A model generated the notes under the pieces. The model was not told the origin of the DNA and did not search any database. It worked only from the letters and a program-made list of their open reading frames with translations. Position numbers and translations under genes: made by a program. Of a stretch of DNA of 64,000 nt, positions 46,208 to 60,040 are shown one piece after another. Origin of the DNA: Myripristis murdjan (lineage: Eukaryota). The DNA is taken from contig NC_043987.1 in the NCBI RefSeq assembly GCF_902150065.1, positions 1,561,386 through 1,625,385 of the forward strand, given 5' to 3'. The stretch's first letter is position 1. The number at the start of each line of letters is the position of its first letter.

Positions 46208-46337
46208 GTCAGTTACAGATCCTCGTGACGGTCGCAAGGTGGCTTTGAAGAAGATGCCCAATGTCTTCCAGAACCTCGTTTCCTGCAAGAGGGTCTTCAG
46301 AGAGCTGAGGATGCTGTGCTTCTTCAAGCATGACAAT
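46208..46337 (+). CDS. nlk: nlk exon 2 (SVTDPRDGRKVALKKMPNVFQNLVSCKRVFRELRMLCFFKHDN)
   Basis: Acceptor ttttgcag|G completes the Trp codon, donor AAT|gtaatt. Essentially identical to human NLK. Confidence 0.9.
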
Positions 46338-46502
46338 GTAATTCTGGAGTAGACAAAAGGAAATGTGGTGAAGGGAGGTGGAACTAGGTGTAATAGACGG
46401 GACAAAGGACTGGTGATGTTTCACTGTTTGCACGTAAGGACACAGAAGTGATTGTGATTTTTAGTTGAAATGTTAACATCTTCCCTTTTCTGTCCACCCA
46501 AG

Positions 46503-46558
46503 GTGTTGTCAGCCCTGGATATTCTGCAGCCCCCGCAGATTGATTGCTTTGAGGAAAT
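46503..46558 (+). CDS. nlk: nlk exon 3 (VLSALDILQPPQIDCFEEI)
   Basis: Acceptor cacccaag|GTG, donor AT|gtatcc. Matches human VLSALDILQPPHIDYFEEI. Confidence 0.85.
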
Positions 46559-46995
46559 GTATCCTTTACACACAGTCAGTAACATCTGGTGTGACACTCT
46601 GTTTGGCTTTCACATCTCAAAGCACAGTCTTCATCTGTCTAGTGGTAATGTGATGTGCTCACTATATATTTCTAGTACTTCTGTACGCTTCACCACGTAA
46701 ATTCCATCCTCACACCTTCTGTCCCAGTTTCTTTTCATTAATTGTCCCTGTCATGACCTCCTTTTTATTCTCTTCACTTAATATAGCCACTTGTCTCCAG
46801 TCTAAATTCAGCACATCACTGTGCTGGCCGCTGGTGAATTTTGAATAAGGGTAGTTGTCATTTTTGTTTTTGTAACAGCAGACACAAACAAGCATATAAT
46901 GGGGTCACATACAAGTTGTCCAGACTCCACTGTTATGCAGCCAGATGTGTTTTGACAACTGAAAAATGATTGGTGTACAGAGATAGGCCTGTTGA

Positions 46996-47247
<252 letters not shown>

Positions 47248-47289
47248 TGAATCCTGGTCCATCCACCTACCGGCCACTTGTTTTTTGCC

Positions 47290-48060
47290 CTCATACTTTC
47301 CCTAGAGAAATCCAGGTAGGTGACAAATGACAGGAAAAAGCAGCATGAAGTGTCCTGGTAAGGTGTTGGGCCACCACAAGCCACCAGAACAGCTTCAGCG
47401 CTCCTTGGCATAGATTCTCCAAGTCACTGGAACTCTCCTGGAGGGGTGGAGCTCCATTCTTAAAAAGATATTCCCACATGTGGTGTTTTGATGATTGTGC
47501 CGGAGAACACTGGTTTCAACATTTCATGAGCGCTATTTAAAAAAAAAAAAAAAAAAAAAAAAAACATTCAGTGACCCCTCATACCCTGTGGATAGGGGTG
47601 TTGTCATCGTGGAAGGGAGCACTCCTATTAGGATAGAAAGGTTTTGTCACAATTACTTTGTATTGATTTGTAGTGAGCCTTCTCAGTGGATAAGTGGAAA
47701 ATGTCCCCCACAGCATAACAGAGCCAGCGGACCCCCTCACAGTAGGGGTCCAGTATTCAGGCCTGCAGCATTCTGTAGTCCAGAATATGAAGGCTGACTC
47801 CTCTGACTACATCACTTTTCTGCTCATCTCTGTAGAGCAGTGCCACTCAAATCTCTAATGTGTCCATTGTCTTTGTAGTGAGAGCTTTATGCACTGCAGC
47901 CCTACAATATCCCTCTCTATGTACAGAATCTTTTGGAGGAATGAAGCTCCATCCAGTAGAGTTCCAGAAACTTGGACTCTATTCCAAAGGAGCATTGAAG
48001 CTGTTTTGGTAGCTCATGGTGGTCCAACACCCTACTAAGACACTTAATGTTGTTTTTTTT
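47290..48060 (-). mobile_element. Degenerate Tc1-like transposon remnant (antisense of transposase) in an nlk intron, with internal A26 run
   Basis: The sequence ...ccaccacaagccaccagaacagcttcagcgctccttggcatagattctccaagtc...cattcagtgacccctcataccctgtggataggggtgttgtcatcgtggaagggagcactcc...cccccacagcataacagagccagcgg...agtaggggtccagtattcaggcctg.. matches the recalled consensus of common fish Tc1-like elements in reverse orientation. Multiple frameshifts. Confidence 0.7.
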
Positions 48061-48891
48061 GTTGTCATCCACTGTAGCCTATATTCTGCAGGATGGAGGG
48101 AAGCAAAAACAGAACCCCCCAAATTCCTCCCATCTGGTTAAAATATAAGTTGGAGGAAATAAGGAGCTTTGTCAAGGCACATTTTTATTTTTCCAGAATG
48201 GTACTACAATATCCAAATTTCAGTGGTGAAAACTTTTAGACTTTTAGAAGCTTCATCCCAATAACCGCCCTTGGTCCCACCATTTTGCATGTTCCCACAT
48301 AAGGTAGAACATCCCATTTCTTTTTGGGATGAAGGGTTAGTTGTAATTTAGCCCTCCAGATGGCCCTCAAAAACAGTGTATTTCCAGATGCACATTCAAA
48401 AACAAGCAGAGGAAGAAAATTTTCAGAATGCTTTACAAAGCCTTAATCAGACTCATTTCTCCTTAGTTATACAGAGAAACTAACAACTTATGTAATCGGA
48501 ATCACTACCGTCATAGCCTTATTGTCATAGATGGAGGAGGCAAGCAAAGCAAAAAAAGAAATTCCCAAATTCTTCCATGATTGTTGCATTAGTAAATAGC
48601 CTGTAGTGGCATCCCAGTTCCTAGATAAAGGTGTCAATCCCTACCCCTTGTAGTTTTGTTGTAAGGGGCCACCACCCTCGGGTATGGGACATAGTCAGAG
48701 AATGTCCAGGCAAACTAAATTTTCGATGACTTTGAAGGGTATCTTATACAGTAGGAACCCTGCCAACTGGAAGAAAAGTGCACTCATTTATCCTGCATTT
48801 AAATATGGGTGATACACTTGCTTTGTTGACATTTGCATGGTGTCCACAGTGTTTTGATTTACATGTCAGGAGGGCAGTTTGACATGTATGA

Positions 48892-49068
<177 letters not shown>

Positions 49069-50178
49069 TGATTAATTACTATCTCTTTATTTGCTATAGA
49101 CTGAATCATGAAAATATGTTGACAGTTTACCACCACCTTACTCCCAGGGTGAATTAACAAGTTAAAACCAACCCGTGCTGATTAGTTCTTCAGGTTCTAT
49201 TTGTTTTCTCAAGCATAAGGATGCATTATGGACATTTTGCATGCCGCTGCTTGAATTAAGAAATTGGAGACTGAATCTTTTGGGGTTTTTTTCTTGCTAC
49301 GCTGTATCTTTCTGAATTGGGCAGCCTACTCGTTTCAAGTGTTTGAAGTTGAACACATCACATGCACTTTAAAGTCTGTGGAGGATTATAGGAAATGAAA
49401 GCACTACACATAACAGGAAAGGTAGAAAAGGTGCTGGAAGACGGCATTACAAAGAGAAGGAAAAGGTATTGACCCTCTTCACTTGTCAAGGGTTTACCAC
49501 CTCTCCTGTCTCTTCACTATAGCTACCTTGTAAAAGCAAATGACCTGAACAAAATGGACTAATTTCAGTATTTATTTCTGAATTTTTGTAAATGATATAT
49601 TTGCAAATTTTATGGAATTTTTTTACATAAAGGTTTGGGTAAATTTATAATGTTAGCCAAATTTTATTGATGAATTCGATTTTAAATATGTAGTAATACG
49701 TATAGTTTTTCTTCGCCTTCAGCCCCCTCCTGTGGCAAGAAATTGAGTGAATCTGTTCAGGATTCAAAGAGATAATCTTAAATGCCAAGACGCTGGTCTT
49801 TTATGAATTGAATCAGGACTTAACAGTCTTGGGGTGATGTCATCTGTTCATAACTGTCACATTATGATTTTTACACAAAGTTTGGCCAGAGAAGTTATTT
49901 ATATCATTATATAACAATCTTGGAGAACTTTCACCATTAGTTGGGTTTATTTGGATTCAGGAGAACACAGATATCGGCCTTTTTTTTTTTTTTTTTTAAA
50001 GACCAAACCAATGAGACTGAGACTGAGTTGAATGTTCCTACTGTTTTTTGTGGCCTGAAACATAATGGAACAATTTGTAAATGCAGTAAATCACCAACTT
50101 GTCCTTTGTTTTGTACCAAAGCAAACACAACTGCAGCTTTGAAAATGCATTTTCCACTTTCCCCAAACCTGCGGGCAG

Positions 50179-50388
50179 ATTTGTGATTTTGGGTTGGCGC
50201 GAGTGGAGGAGCCAGACCCATCTCGCCACATGACCCAGGAGGTGGTGACACAATACTACCGTGCCCCTGAGGTGCTGATGGGCAGCCGGCACTACGGCTC
50301 AGCCATTGACGTGTGGTCTGTGGGCTGCATCTTTGCAGAGCTGCTGGGTAGACGCATACTGTTCCAGGCCCAGAGTCCCATCCAGCAG
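50179..50388 (+). CDS. nlk: nlk exon 6 ([70 protein letters not shown])
   Basis: Acceptor ctgcgggcag|ATT, donor CAG|gtaaga. 210 nt. Contains DFG and the TQY activation-loop motif of NLK. Confidence 0.9.
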
Positions 50389-50909
50389 GTAAGATCTGGG
50401 GAAATTCAAACTCATAATTTATATGGTTATTGAATTTTGAATATGTAATTATAAATATAGTTTTCTTGTAAATTTTCACAATTTTTTTTTTTTTTACCCC
50501 TCCTAAATTTTAGGTAAATTTGTACCAATTTTCCCATGATTTAGCAAAGAATGATGTGAATTTGCTCAGCTTTCAAATGGATAACATAACACAGCAATTG
50601 CAACATTTCAAGAACATTTTAGATAGGGAAAAAAAACTGAGTTACAAAAAGAGCGTGTGCATAACAGTTGATGGTATTGAGAAGAAAAAGCAGGATATGA
50701 ATCACATGAAAATGTGCTTTAATTTCAAGCATTATTAATATGTGATGTACACCCCGAATGACGTGCGGCGTATGTAGATTTGTTTCTGCTATTTCTTGCT
50801 AGCTGTTGTTGTGCAGTTCTGCCTCTTGCTAGCTGTTGTCCGCTTGAAACAAGAATCGCCTATACTGTCATCTGGTTGTCTTAAACATGGTTTCCGTCCT
50901 GTGTTTCAG

Positions 50910-51011
50910 TTGGATCTGATCACAGACCTGCTGGGAACTCCTCCTCTCTCTGCCATGGCCTCGGCCTGCGAAGGTGCCAGAGCCCACATCCTGAGGGGGC
51001 CACACAAACCG
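50910..51011 (+). CDS. nlk: nlk exon 7 (LDLITDLLGTPPLSAMASACEGARAHILRGPHKP)
   Basis: Acceptor ctgtgtttcag|TTG, donor CCG|gtaggt. Matches human LDLITDLLGTPSLEAMRTACEGAKAHILRGPHKQ. Confidence 0.9.
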
Positions 51012-51097
51012 GTAGGTGACAGAAACCTGTGGCCTGCTCATAGTGGCTGCTCCAGAGCAACCTGGCTGTTGGCCATCCACTAGAAAACACTTTTAAA

Positions 51098-51308
51098 TGA
51101 CCATACCAGTGATTTTGCACATTTAGTGTAATATCTACATCTGTATAGACTTCATGTTTCTGCGAATTTTTCCCCAAAGCCATTGGTTTCCATTCATTCC
51201 ACTACGATATGAAAATGAACATTCAGAGACTTTAAACTTTCTTCATACCAGTATTCCTTCACTGTAACCAAGTTGTCCACATTAGGTTTCCTAAAAGCAG
51301 CAGATTGG
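51098..51308 (-). mobile_element. MITE family A, internally deleted/truncated copy (reverse orientation)
   Basis: TGACCATACCAGTGATTTTGCACATTTAGTGTAATATCTACA...CCATTGGTTTCCATTCATTCCACTACGATATGAAAATGAAC. Preceded by TTTTAAA. Starts 87 bp after the nlk exon 7 donor. Confidence 0.7.
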
Positions 51309-53086
51309 AGGATCAATAAGGATATTCTTTGCCCTCTTGGTATATAGTCCAATCAGCACAATAATGAAGAAATCCCATGCTGCTGATGGTGCTCTGTGCC
51401 AATGTGTCCTGGTCGTTACTCTGTATGGTGGTACTGTCAAGTGAAAGAGGAGAAAAACATCCTAGAAGTAAAAATTTCCTTTCTCCATGCTTCACCCTTG
51501 CAGTATTTGTCTGACCATGACCAGTGAGCAGGCTGACAGCTCCCACATGGTTTTTGTTGATACATTTAGGTTTAAAGCTGTTAATGATTGTGCATCACAA
51601 TACAACAGTAAAATAGATCAAATGTTGGCAATATTTGGTAAGAGTTTCCTTCCTGATCACAGTGACAAACAGCAACATGTGGTCTCACACACACACACAC
51701 ACTGCCACCTGAGTCATTCCTATAGTTCTGTAATAATTCAGTTGTGTCCCGTCTTTTGAATTGTGCAAGCTGTACGTCACCGTGATAAAAGTTAAAGGAG
51801 AAACACTGAATGTACCAGAATGTAGCCATAAGCTATTTCATAATTGTATTGTTTACATTCTTTTGTTTTAAAAATAAAAAGTATGGTATAAGAGCGTACT
51901 TTAAATAGACACACCTGTGTGTTGGTCAGAGCAGAAGGTTGCGCCTCAACAGAATGACTCCTAATGGAGTGCCAAACCCAATATCCAACACGTAAGAAGT
52001 GCAAAAAGGTAGCAAATCCCAGCCCACCAAGGACAAGACGCCAACATCTCACCAGTTTATTGGCTCAAATCACACCTGTGTGTTGTATTATTTTGACAAA
52101 GCCACATGGTAATTCAGCTTTGACAACAATTAAAATCTTAATGCAGCTGTCTTGATGAATTTTAGATATTTTATAAATGTTCAGAGATAATTGTATGACT
52201 CTGTTGCCTTAACATGGTCTGTCAACACTGAAACTCGTGTCAATGCATTTTCTGATTGCCAGATGCACTATAAATGAAATAAATAAAAGCAAATGAACAG
52301 TCAAAATATTACTTGACTGAGTTGGGTATAGCTTTACCACTGTCCATGCAAAAAATAAAATAAGATAAAAAATAGACTGAGTATAATAATGACATCCCAG
52401 AGGAAACATCTGGGCCTAAATAATTTATCTGCAGCTCAAACCTAACCAAGTAAATCCAAAAAGCATTTCCCCGTTTGTAATAAACTGCCATCATGGGCTC
52501 AGGAGTTGCATCCCAGATCATTTAAAAACTCAAATTCAAACTGTTAGGAAATTAGATTGAATGTTCTATTGTTATAAAAATTCTAACAGTGATGTTACGG
52601 CTGCCTTTGTGGCAAACTGGCTGCATTGGAGACATTGCAGTGGAATCTTTAACCCTCTCACCACCGATTGCATCCATTCTCTGGTACACTGAGTCTGAAA
52701 ATTACAGAAAAAAATTAGCAAGCCTGTTAAATCTGCGATGCATTTTCCCCATCACATCAAAGCAGTGTGAAATGTTGAAAGCATGGCTCACTCTTCACAG
52801 AAACAAAAGGCACATTCAGAATATGTGGGTCACGCGCAGCAGCCACATCTCACTCTTAACGCTGTGATGCTGTCACTGTTTTTCTGCTGTAGTACCACTA
52901 ATTAGGACTGACTGAACTATGGAGGCAAGATGTGTGTCCAGTGAAGAGAGCTTCAGTGCCCCTCGTCCACTCCACTGGCACGGTCACTTGTCTTTGCCCA
53001 GCAGTGTGCATCTTGGTGCCAACCTTCATATTGGACCTTTTCTTTTTTATTTCCAGGGTCTGCCTCTCAGAGCTGGGAGATTGAAA

Positions 53087-53661
53087 GGACCATACCAGTG
53101 ATTTTGAATGCTTGGTCCATTCACTACAGCTTACCCAAATTTGATATCGCAGCAAAATATTTTGCTAATCATGCAGGGATACCAAAGATTTCACAACATA
53201 TTGTCAAAATCCTTCCATTTTCAAATTTTGGTTGAAACATCCAACTAATAATAAACTTATGTGACTAACAAAGTTAGTCATAAACCACAGAGCTAATAAT
53301 TGTAAAGTAAACGTTTCCCTGGGGTCTATTTTCCAGCAGAGAGACTATGGCACTCTGCCCAATTTCAAATCATCAAAACACAACAGTGCTGCTGCTTTTA
53401 GGACAACTAATGTGGACGACTTTATTACAGTGATGGAATACTACTGTGAAGAAAGTTTGAAGTCTCTGAAAGATTGTTTTCATATCGTAGTAAAATGAAT
53501 TAAAACCAGCGGCTGGATAAAAAGCAGGAAAAATAGTGGTCTATCAAGAATATTGGAGTTCTAAAATACCACTGCTTGCTTTGGGAAAATATTTGCAGAA
53601 ATGTGAAGTTTATACATTTTGTAGATGTTACACTAAACATGCCGAATTACTGGTGAGATCC
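53087..53661 (+). mobile_element. MITE family A, full-length copy
   Basis: Starts GGACCATACCAGTGATTTTGAATG, ends GCCGAATTACTGGTGAGATCC. Colinear with the 42491-43070 copy. Confidence 0.8.
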
Positions 53662-55335
53662 TTTTAATGGCTGATTTGATATGTTGTCACTCAAACTTTT
53701 TTCAGTTGGTGAAACCTGAACAATCATATTTTTTATGCATGTCTCTATCCTTAACTGGAATTTCAGTAATTAGGTAATTGTTGGGAGTGAACAGGTGGAA
53801 TATTCAAGTTGTTCACATGCATAATTCTTGTCCTCTCTTAGAAAAGTTGATCTCTTCTATTTAAAAAAAAAATCCATCAGACAATAATTGGTGCTATGGC
53901 ATGCTTTGCCATTGTCACACATTGCCCCATATGTACAGATTTTCTTGTGAACACTCCTGAGGCTACAATTAGAGTTATTTCTTTTCTCAGTATTAGGTGT
54001 GGGCATGGTTTATGGTTAAAACACATCTATCAATTTTTGTTGCTATAGCAAAAACTGGCTTGGCACAACTTCCTAATCTTATTCAGGGGATACACGCATG
54101 ATGTTTTTAGCAACCTAACATTTTAGTTTTTATCAATGATAGCCCACATTTCTTATGATCAAGGCATTAGCTTGCCCTGCTTATTCTAACCGACTGGCAT
54201 GTACATGAATCGACCCAAAATCAGGGGTTACTGGGGCCTGTTGCATCACTTTGACTGCATGTGGGCAAGGTTTCCTGAGCAACATTTGCAAGAGTCAAGA
54301 CATTTCTGATATCCTTGAACCTCTGTTGCTAGAAATAATTGCAGTCTAAAATGTCATCTTTATGTGGCTTGGCCAGACCAGGGATTCAAGATGGCAGCTT
54401 TTCTTCTTCGTTTGTTGCCTGTGCACAAACTACAGGCAAAAAAAGGTACAAGCAAGTACTCAGAGTAATGAAATAATCACAGTCCAAGCCAATAGGGTAC
54501 AGGTTAAATCATGTATCGGAAGAGGTGCTGCACCACCTGTAATTTCACCCACAATATACAGTGCTTATGATGAAAGATGATCATTTAAATGACATATTTT
54601 CAATCATATGTTATATATTTAGTTATTTATTTAGTTATTTATTTATTTAATCTATTTAGATTTGCTCCCAGGTTGGTTGTGTGTTTTTGTTTTGTTTTTG
54701 TTTTTTGTTTTTTTCATTAATTGAAAAAGTTGGCACATGCAGCTGAGCAAGACAAATTAACAAGTATGATGAATGCAGCCACAGCATTACTGATTACTGA
54801 ACAACAAATGAACAGAAACTGCTTCTGAATGACAGCATTACTTCCAGTAAGTTTTTTTTTTTTTTTTTTTTTGAAAAACATAATGTAAGCTAAGCCTCTA
54901 AAAATGAACACAGCCTTCCTTAAAGGATAAGACATCTTTTTGGCCTTTTAGGGAAATTAGATATACTGCTTGTCAGTCCTGATAGTCTAGACCACCCCAT
55001 GTTAATGAATGTATTTATTGGTATTATTTATATTTATATATCAGATGTCAGGAAAAACAATACAGTTGTATTTTGCTTTGAGTCCACCAGCAAGAGCTTT
55101 ACTATGGCTGGTGACTGTTAGCATCCCATGATGGTCTAATTGTTCAGAGGGTTTTCAGTCGTGAAAAGGAATAATCTTAGCAGTGACTCAGGTGTTGCAC
55201 ACTACCTCTCTACCACCACCACCACCACTGTTAACCTGTAGGAAACATTGCTGGTAGCCTCAAGGTACATTGTGCAGCTACTATATGTTACCGTAACAGT
55301 GCACCAACCAAAGGTTCATGTTTCCTCCTCCCCAG

Positions 55336-55422
55336 CCATCGCTCTCTGTACTCTACATGCTCTCTGATGGCGCGACTCATGAGGCGGTGCACCTGCTGTG
55401 TCGGATGTTGGTCTTCGATCCA
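55336..55422 (+). CDS. nlk: nlk exon 8 (PSLSVLYMLSDGATHEAVHLLCRMLVFDP)
   Basis: Acceptor cctcctccccag|CCA, donor CCA|gtgagt. Matches human PSLPVLYTLSSQATHEAVHLLCRMLVFDP. Confidence 0.9.
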
Positions 55423-55566
55423 GTGAGTACACATGGCACAGACACAAACAGATGGAGCTGTCTTCATATTGATACAGTGATCAGCTTCTCACCATGTAGC
55501 TGTTTGTGGTGCTCTATGTGAATGTAATACATCACCAACATTAAGTTCTTCCCTGTGATGCGAATA

Positions 55567-56283
55567 GGAGCTTCAGCAGAAGTGTACTGCTCCAAAATGA
55601 ATGAAGTAGATATAGACCGGGGAAAACAACACCATTTTGAGTTGAAGAATTGTTTTGAATGATGCACAACAACACACGCTTGTTTTGGTTTCACTTTAAT
55701 GGCTCTTTTTAGCCAGCTTGTTTCCGAAATTGCAGAACATTTTTTGTCTCTTTCATTGCACTGCCACTGAATAAGGGGCCACAGCACTGCTGCATTTGGA
55801 TACAGTAGCAGTGCTATGGCAAAAAAAAAAAAAAGGTCTGCCATTTTGGAAACCAGGTGACTGAAAAGAGCGATGAAAATGAAACTTGATGGACAGGTTT
55901 GCTATTTTGGACCCTAGACCGTATTTGCAGATTTTCTGGCATCATCCTTGGATGTGGATGTGGAGCTACAACAGTGAACAAAGCTACATTAGCTTAGTTT
56001 TTCAAAGCCATGTACGATTGTCCGACTGTCCACTGTTGTACCCGGGCAGGAACCTGTAGTACATCAATACCAGGCTCAATACTGAAGTGACTGGGGAAAC
56101 GATGGGCTCTGTATCTGAGGATGATGCCAGATAATCTGTAGGGTCTAGGTTCCAAAATAGCAAACAAGTGTGTTGTTGTGCATCCTTAAACTATATATCA
56201 GCTTTGTGTCACCACACATAATCACATTGTTTTCCGGTCTGTATCTTCATTCATTTTGGCAGTACACTCCTGAAGAAGCTCCC
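55567..56283. mobile_element. MITE family C, full palindromic copy with about 120-bp TIRs, in an nlk intron
   Basis: 55567-55690 (ggagcttcagcagaagtgtactgctccaaaatgaatgaagtagat...gatgcacaacaacacacgcttgtt) is the reverse complement of 56150-56283. Inner segments are also inverted (55890-55935 vs 56120-56165). Contains an A14 run at 55818-55835. Confidence 0.7.
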
Positions 56284-56723
56284 ATTCTTGTGACAGGGAA
56301 GGTGTTAATGGTCAAAGCTTGGTGGATGTGTTGTGTTCGCATAGAGTAGCAAATACAACTATATGGATAAGAGGCTGAACTATCACTGTAAATGGCAGGC
56401 ACTTTGATGCAATATAAAGCTAAAATAAACATCAGTGAGAGGAAAAAAATGTTTTATCTATTGGGCTTAATCTAACATACTTGTCTTTATCATTTAACCC
56501 TATTTTGAATAAGCTGTTTTTTAGAGCTCGTTAGCCTGTGTGACCAGTTCGCATAGCTGGATTTAAAGGAGTAAAATAGATAAAATAGATGGCTGTGTGG
56601 CTTGAATGAGTGCAAATTCAGTATTCCATACATCTGTAGTCAAGTGAGTTCCTTAAAACATTGGTGTTGGTGCAGTTCTAGTTTCCAACCACTGAGTGAT
56701 TTTTGCCCACTGTTCACATCCAG

Positions 56724-56922
56724 GCTAAAAGGATTTCTGGAAGTGACGCCCTGTCCCACCCTTACCTGGATGAAGGTCGTCTTCGCTACCACACCTGCAT
56801 GTGTCAGTGCTGTTACTCAGTTCCCAGCGGGCGAGTTTACACTCGAGACTTTGAGCCGCCTGCTGAGCGACCATTCAGCCACAGCTACGAGAACAGCCTG
56901 CTATCTGTGTGGCAGGGCAAAG
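56724..56922 (+). CDS. nlk: nlk exon 9 (AKRISGSDALSHPYLDEGRLRYHTCMCQCCYSVPSGRVYTRDFEPPAERPFSHSYENSLLSVWQGK)
   Basis: Acceptor ttcacatccag|GCT, donor AAA G|gtagga. Matches human SKRISAKDALAHPYLDEGRLRYHTCMCKCCFSTSTGRVYTSDFEP. Confidence 0.85.
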
Positions 56923-57749
56923 GTAGGATACCATGGTCACTGAATAGTCACATTCTTCCCAGTGCGGCTGGGACAGTACCTCAGCCCAAAACAGTTCTGG
57001 TGCTTAAACTAGTTCCATTTGGGATTCTTGCAACCAAGGTGCTAACTACAGAACCAGCCCACGTTTGAAGCGGTTTGGAGTGGAACCATTATGATGGAGG
57101 CGTCTCCAAGATGTTAACCACTAACCACCACATTTTTGTGTCTGAATTCAGCCTCATTCTGTTGGTTTGCTGCTCTATGACCCAGGACACCATCCAAGAG
57201 TTCATAATACTCCCCATATTACTCTGCCCAGCACCACTTTCCACCAGGTCCTTTTGGAATTTTTAAACTTGTTGATAATTCCGTCCTGAGTTATACTGAA
57301 CCCAGTCTTCACCAACTCTTCAGCAGTTTTGAGATACAAAGTACTTTTTCTTGTCTTCCCTACCATCTTTTCCTGAAATTCAGATGTCCAAATTGAGGGC
57401 AATAGTTGTTTCTTCAGCAGACTGCACACTCTTGGGTATCTCTGCCATCTTCATCTTTCCCTTGTTATCGTAGTTCCCTCTTCTTCCTACTATTTTTTTG
57501 GTTGCAGCTACAAACTAACCTTTCGGGTTCTGATGAAATTTGTTTTTGGTCAGACTGCTCAAAACTGTTCAAAATTAGGTTTGCAAACCAGAATAAATCA
57601 ATTTTATGCTTGTCAGTAGACCTAAAAGTGCAGTGCCAGGACATAGAAGCGTTTCCCAGCTGTTGCCTCACTTTCTGTTCATGTGGTGGTTTATGGCAAC
57701 GCTAACACCTTAACAACCTAACTCCCTCTTCTCTTCGTCCCAACCTCAG

Positions 57750-57843
57750 AGTTAATCCATCGCTTCATAACGGAGCACCAGCAGGGCAAACGAGTGCCGC
57801 TGTGCATCAACCCGCAGAGTGCCGCCTTCAAAACCTTCATCAG
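57750..57843 (+). CDS. nlk: nlk exon 10 (ELIHRFITEHQQGKRVPLCINPQSAAFKTFI)
   Basis: Acceptor ccaacctcag|AG, donor ATC AG|gtgagg. Matches human EIIHQFILEQQKGNRVPLCINPQSAAFKSFI. Confidence 0.85.
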
Positions 57844-58978
57844 GTGAGGGACAGGTTCAGAGGTGTCAGCTATATTACAGTTATAGGTTGAAATCTAACC
57901 ATCAAACTGCACGGTACTTGCCTCCTTAACTGTGTGTAGATTATTAAATGCTTTGTTGTAGGGTAGTTTTGTTGTAGTTTTATTTTTATTTTTTGGTAAT
58001 TTTCAGGTTATTGTTATGCATTGTTTTTTCTCTACATGTTTGCTAATTGCCTCTTGCTTAAAGTATGGCATTCATGTTTATCATACCCCCTAATGTCTGA
58101 TTAGGGTGTATGATAAAAAAAAAAACAAACATTTTGTCTAAAAGTTCCAGTTTCTACTATTGTAGTTTTCCTTTTCAACGTACTATCTTCAGATATTTTG
58201 TGTTGTCCAATTGTTTACTGTTTTTAATAAGCTGTCTGATATTCTGTGCTGCTGTTCACTAGCTTTTGAGTTTTTATTTGATGTATGTTGGTGACCAATA
58301 ACTTTGAAGTATTGTGTTTTCCCCGCAAAGATGATCTTGTCAGGGTGGAAAAGCCGCTGCAATCAGCAAGCCAGAGAAAAATAATTCAAGTATTCCATCA
58401 AGAGCCTTGTGACAGGGAAATGTATTTTTCAGTTCCATCCCAAAAACAAATGGTCTTGCCTAAACTTTTGGTTTTGTACAAATAATCTACCATGACCCCA
58501 GAGGCAGGCATGACTCTACCAACAAGCATAGTTTGACCTTTCAGCACTCTCTACAGATCAGAAATCGCTTGGTGCAACTTTAAGTTTATAATAAGGTGTG
58601 GCACTTAATGTAACCATAAATTGAATCTGTGGCAGGTTATTATACAATGCACTGAATCATTACATGTTTGTCAGAATAATACAATTAGTCTGTGTAATAA
58701 CAATTATGATAAGTTATTACAAAATGCGGGAATTTCTAACATTTTGCATCCAAGATTTTTATAATAAAATGTGGCAAGATATTACAAAATTAAGGAAAAA
58801 TATGACCTTTTTGGGAGGTTTTTAGAAAATACAGAAAATACAAATAAAATATGCATGATGTGTGATTATAAGCCCTAATGGGTATGTTGCATTAGATCAG
58901 TGAAGGTGACTCCTACTTTCCCTTGCCCTGACCTGTCCTCCTTCCCTTTTCTACATTTGTTTGCTCTATCCTCCTCAG

Positions 58979-59027
58979 GTCCACTGCATGGCACTCCTCC
59001 AAGGTATCAAGGAAGGAAGAGAGATGA
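58979..59027 (+). CDS. nlk: Candidate nlk terminal coding exon (RSTAWHSSKVSRKEER*)
   Basis: Strong acceptor tttgtttgctctatcctcctcag|G. Phase-2 compatible with exon 10 (AG+G). TGA at 59025-59027. Only weak similarity to the human C-terminus SSTVAQPSEMPPSPLVWE (the ST[AV] start), so this assignment is tentative. Confidence 0.45.
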
Positions 59028-60040
59028 AGGATCCTCCTCTCTGCACAGAGGAGCGACGGCAGTTTGAAAGAGGAATTACATTGGCCGTGGCATCTGAAAG
59101 TGCTGGAGCAAAGAATTTGGGTCTCTCTTTTTTTTTTCTTTTTCTTTTTTTTAAATGATGAGGTGCAGAGGGGAAAGTGACAACGCCCCAGCCACGTGGT
59201 TAAAAGAGCCGACCCACCTGTGCCCCCCTTTGAAAACCTCCTCATCTTTGTTTCCGACAAATGAAATCTACAAATTGTACAAGTTCCGTGAAAACTACCA
59301 CTTCAAACTAAAGACTTGAACAGCTTGATGCTACAGGCATTTTCGGTGCTGAAACAAAACAAAAATATATGCTGCTGAAGTTCTGGAGGAAGGAAATGGA
59401 AGAGAAATATATAGGCGTAGATGAGGAAAATTCCTGAACTCAGTGCTAGATTGGGTTTTCCATCTAGGTTAGTGGAGACATCAAGGAATAATAATTTTAA
59501 TTGTTTGATAGAATAATTGTTTGGTTGATTTTTTTTTTCCAAGTCATTCCAGCCCTGTGCAATATGGTTTAAAATGAAAAAAATACAAATGATAGAGACC
59601 TGGGGTAAACAGTAAGCACCCTCATAGTCCTAACACTCTGTGGGCTCTCTTGCCAACCGGTTTCAAACGAACCCCCACCATGACCTTGTGCCACCTCCAG
59701 ACACCACCCATCCCAAGATTCACGCAGCACAAAACTGCATTTGCACGCATTATTCAAGCACGGCACTGTGTTCTCACAACTCGGGTTCCCCCGTCAGACA
59801 CCTCAGTGTTGCGTTGATGATGATGCAATTTTTCCAGAGATGTAGCAGTTTTCACCTCGGTAGTCAACCTTTTTGAGGTGCGTCTCCGCCATTGATCCAC
59901 CACTTTTGTAATCCCATCCCCCGAGCATCTGAGTTGATAATGTCAGAGACCATGGATCAGTGTTGGTAGACCACCTTGGCCCTCAGTGTTTCTCTTCCCA
60001 AGACTTGGGCCATGTTCAGCAGGAGAAAATGCTGGGAAGT

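Noticed and set aside
49937-50479. 180-aa minus-strand ORF
   Set aside because: Antisense to nlk exon 6 (50179-50388), plus A/T homopolymers. No homology.
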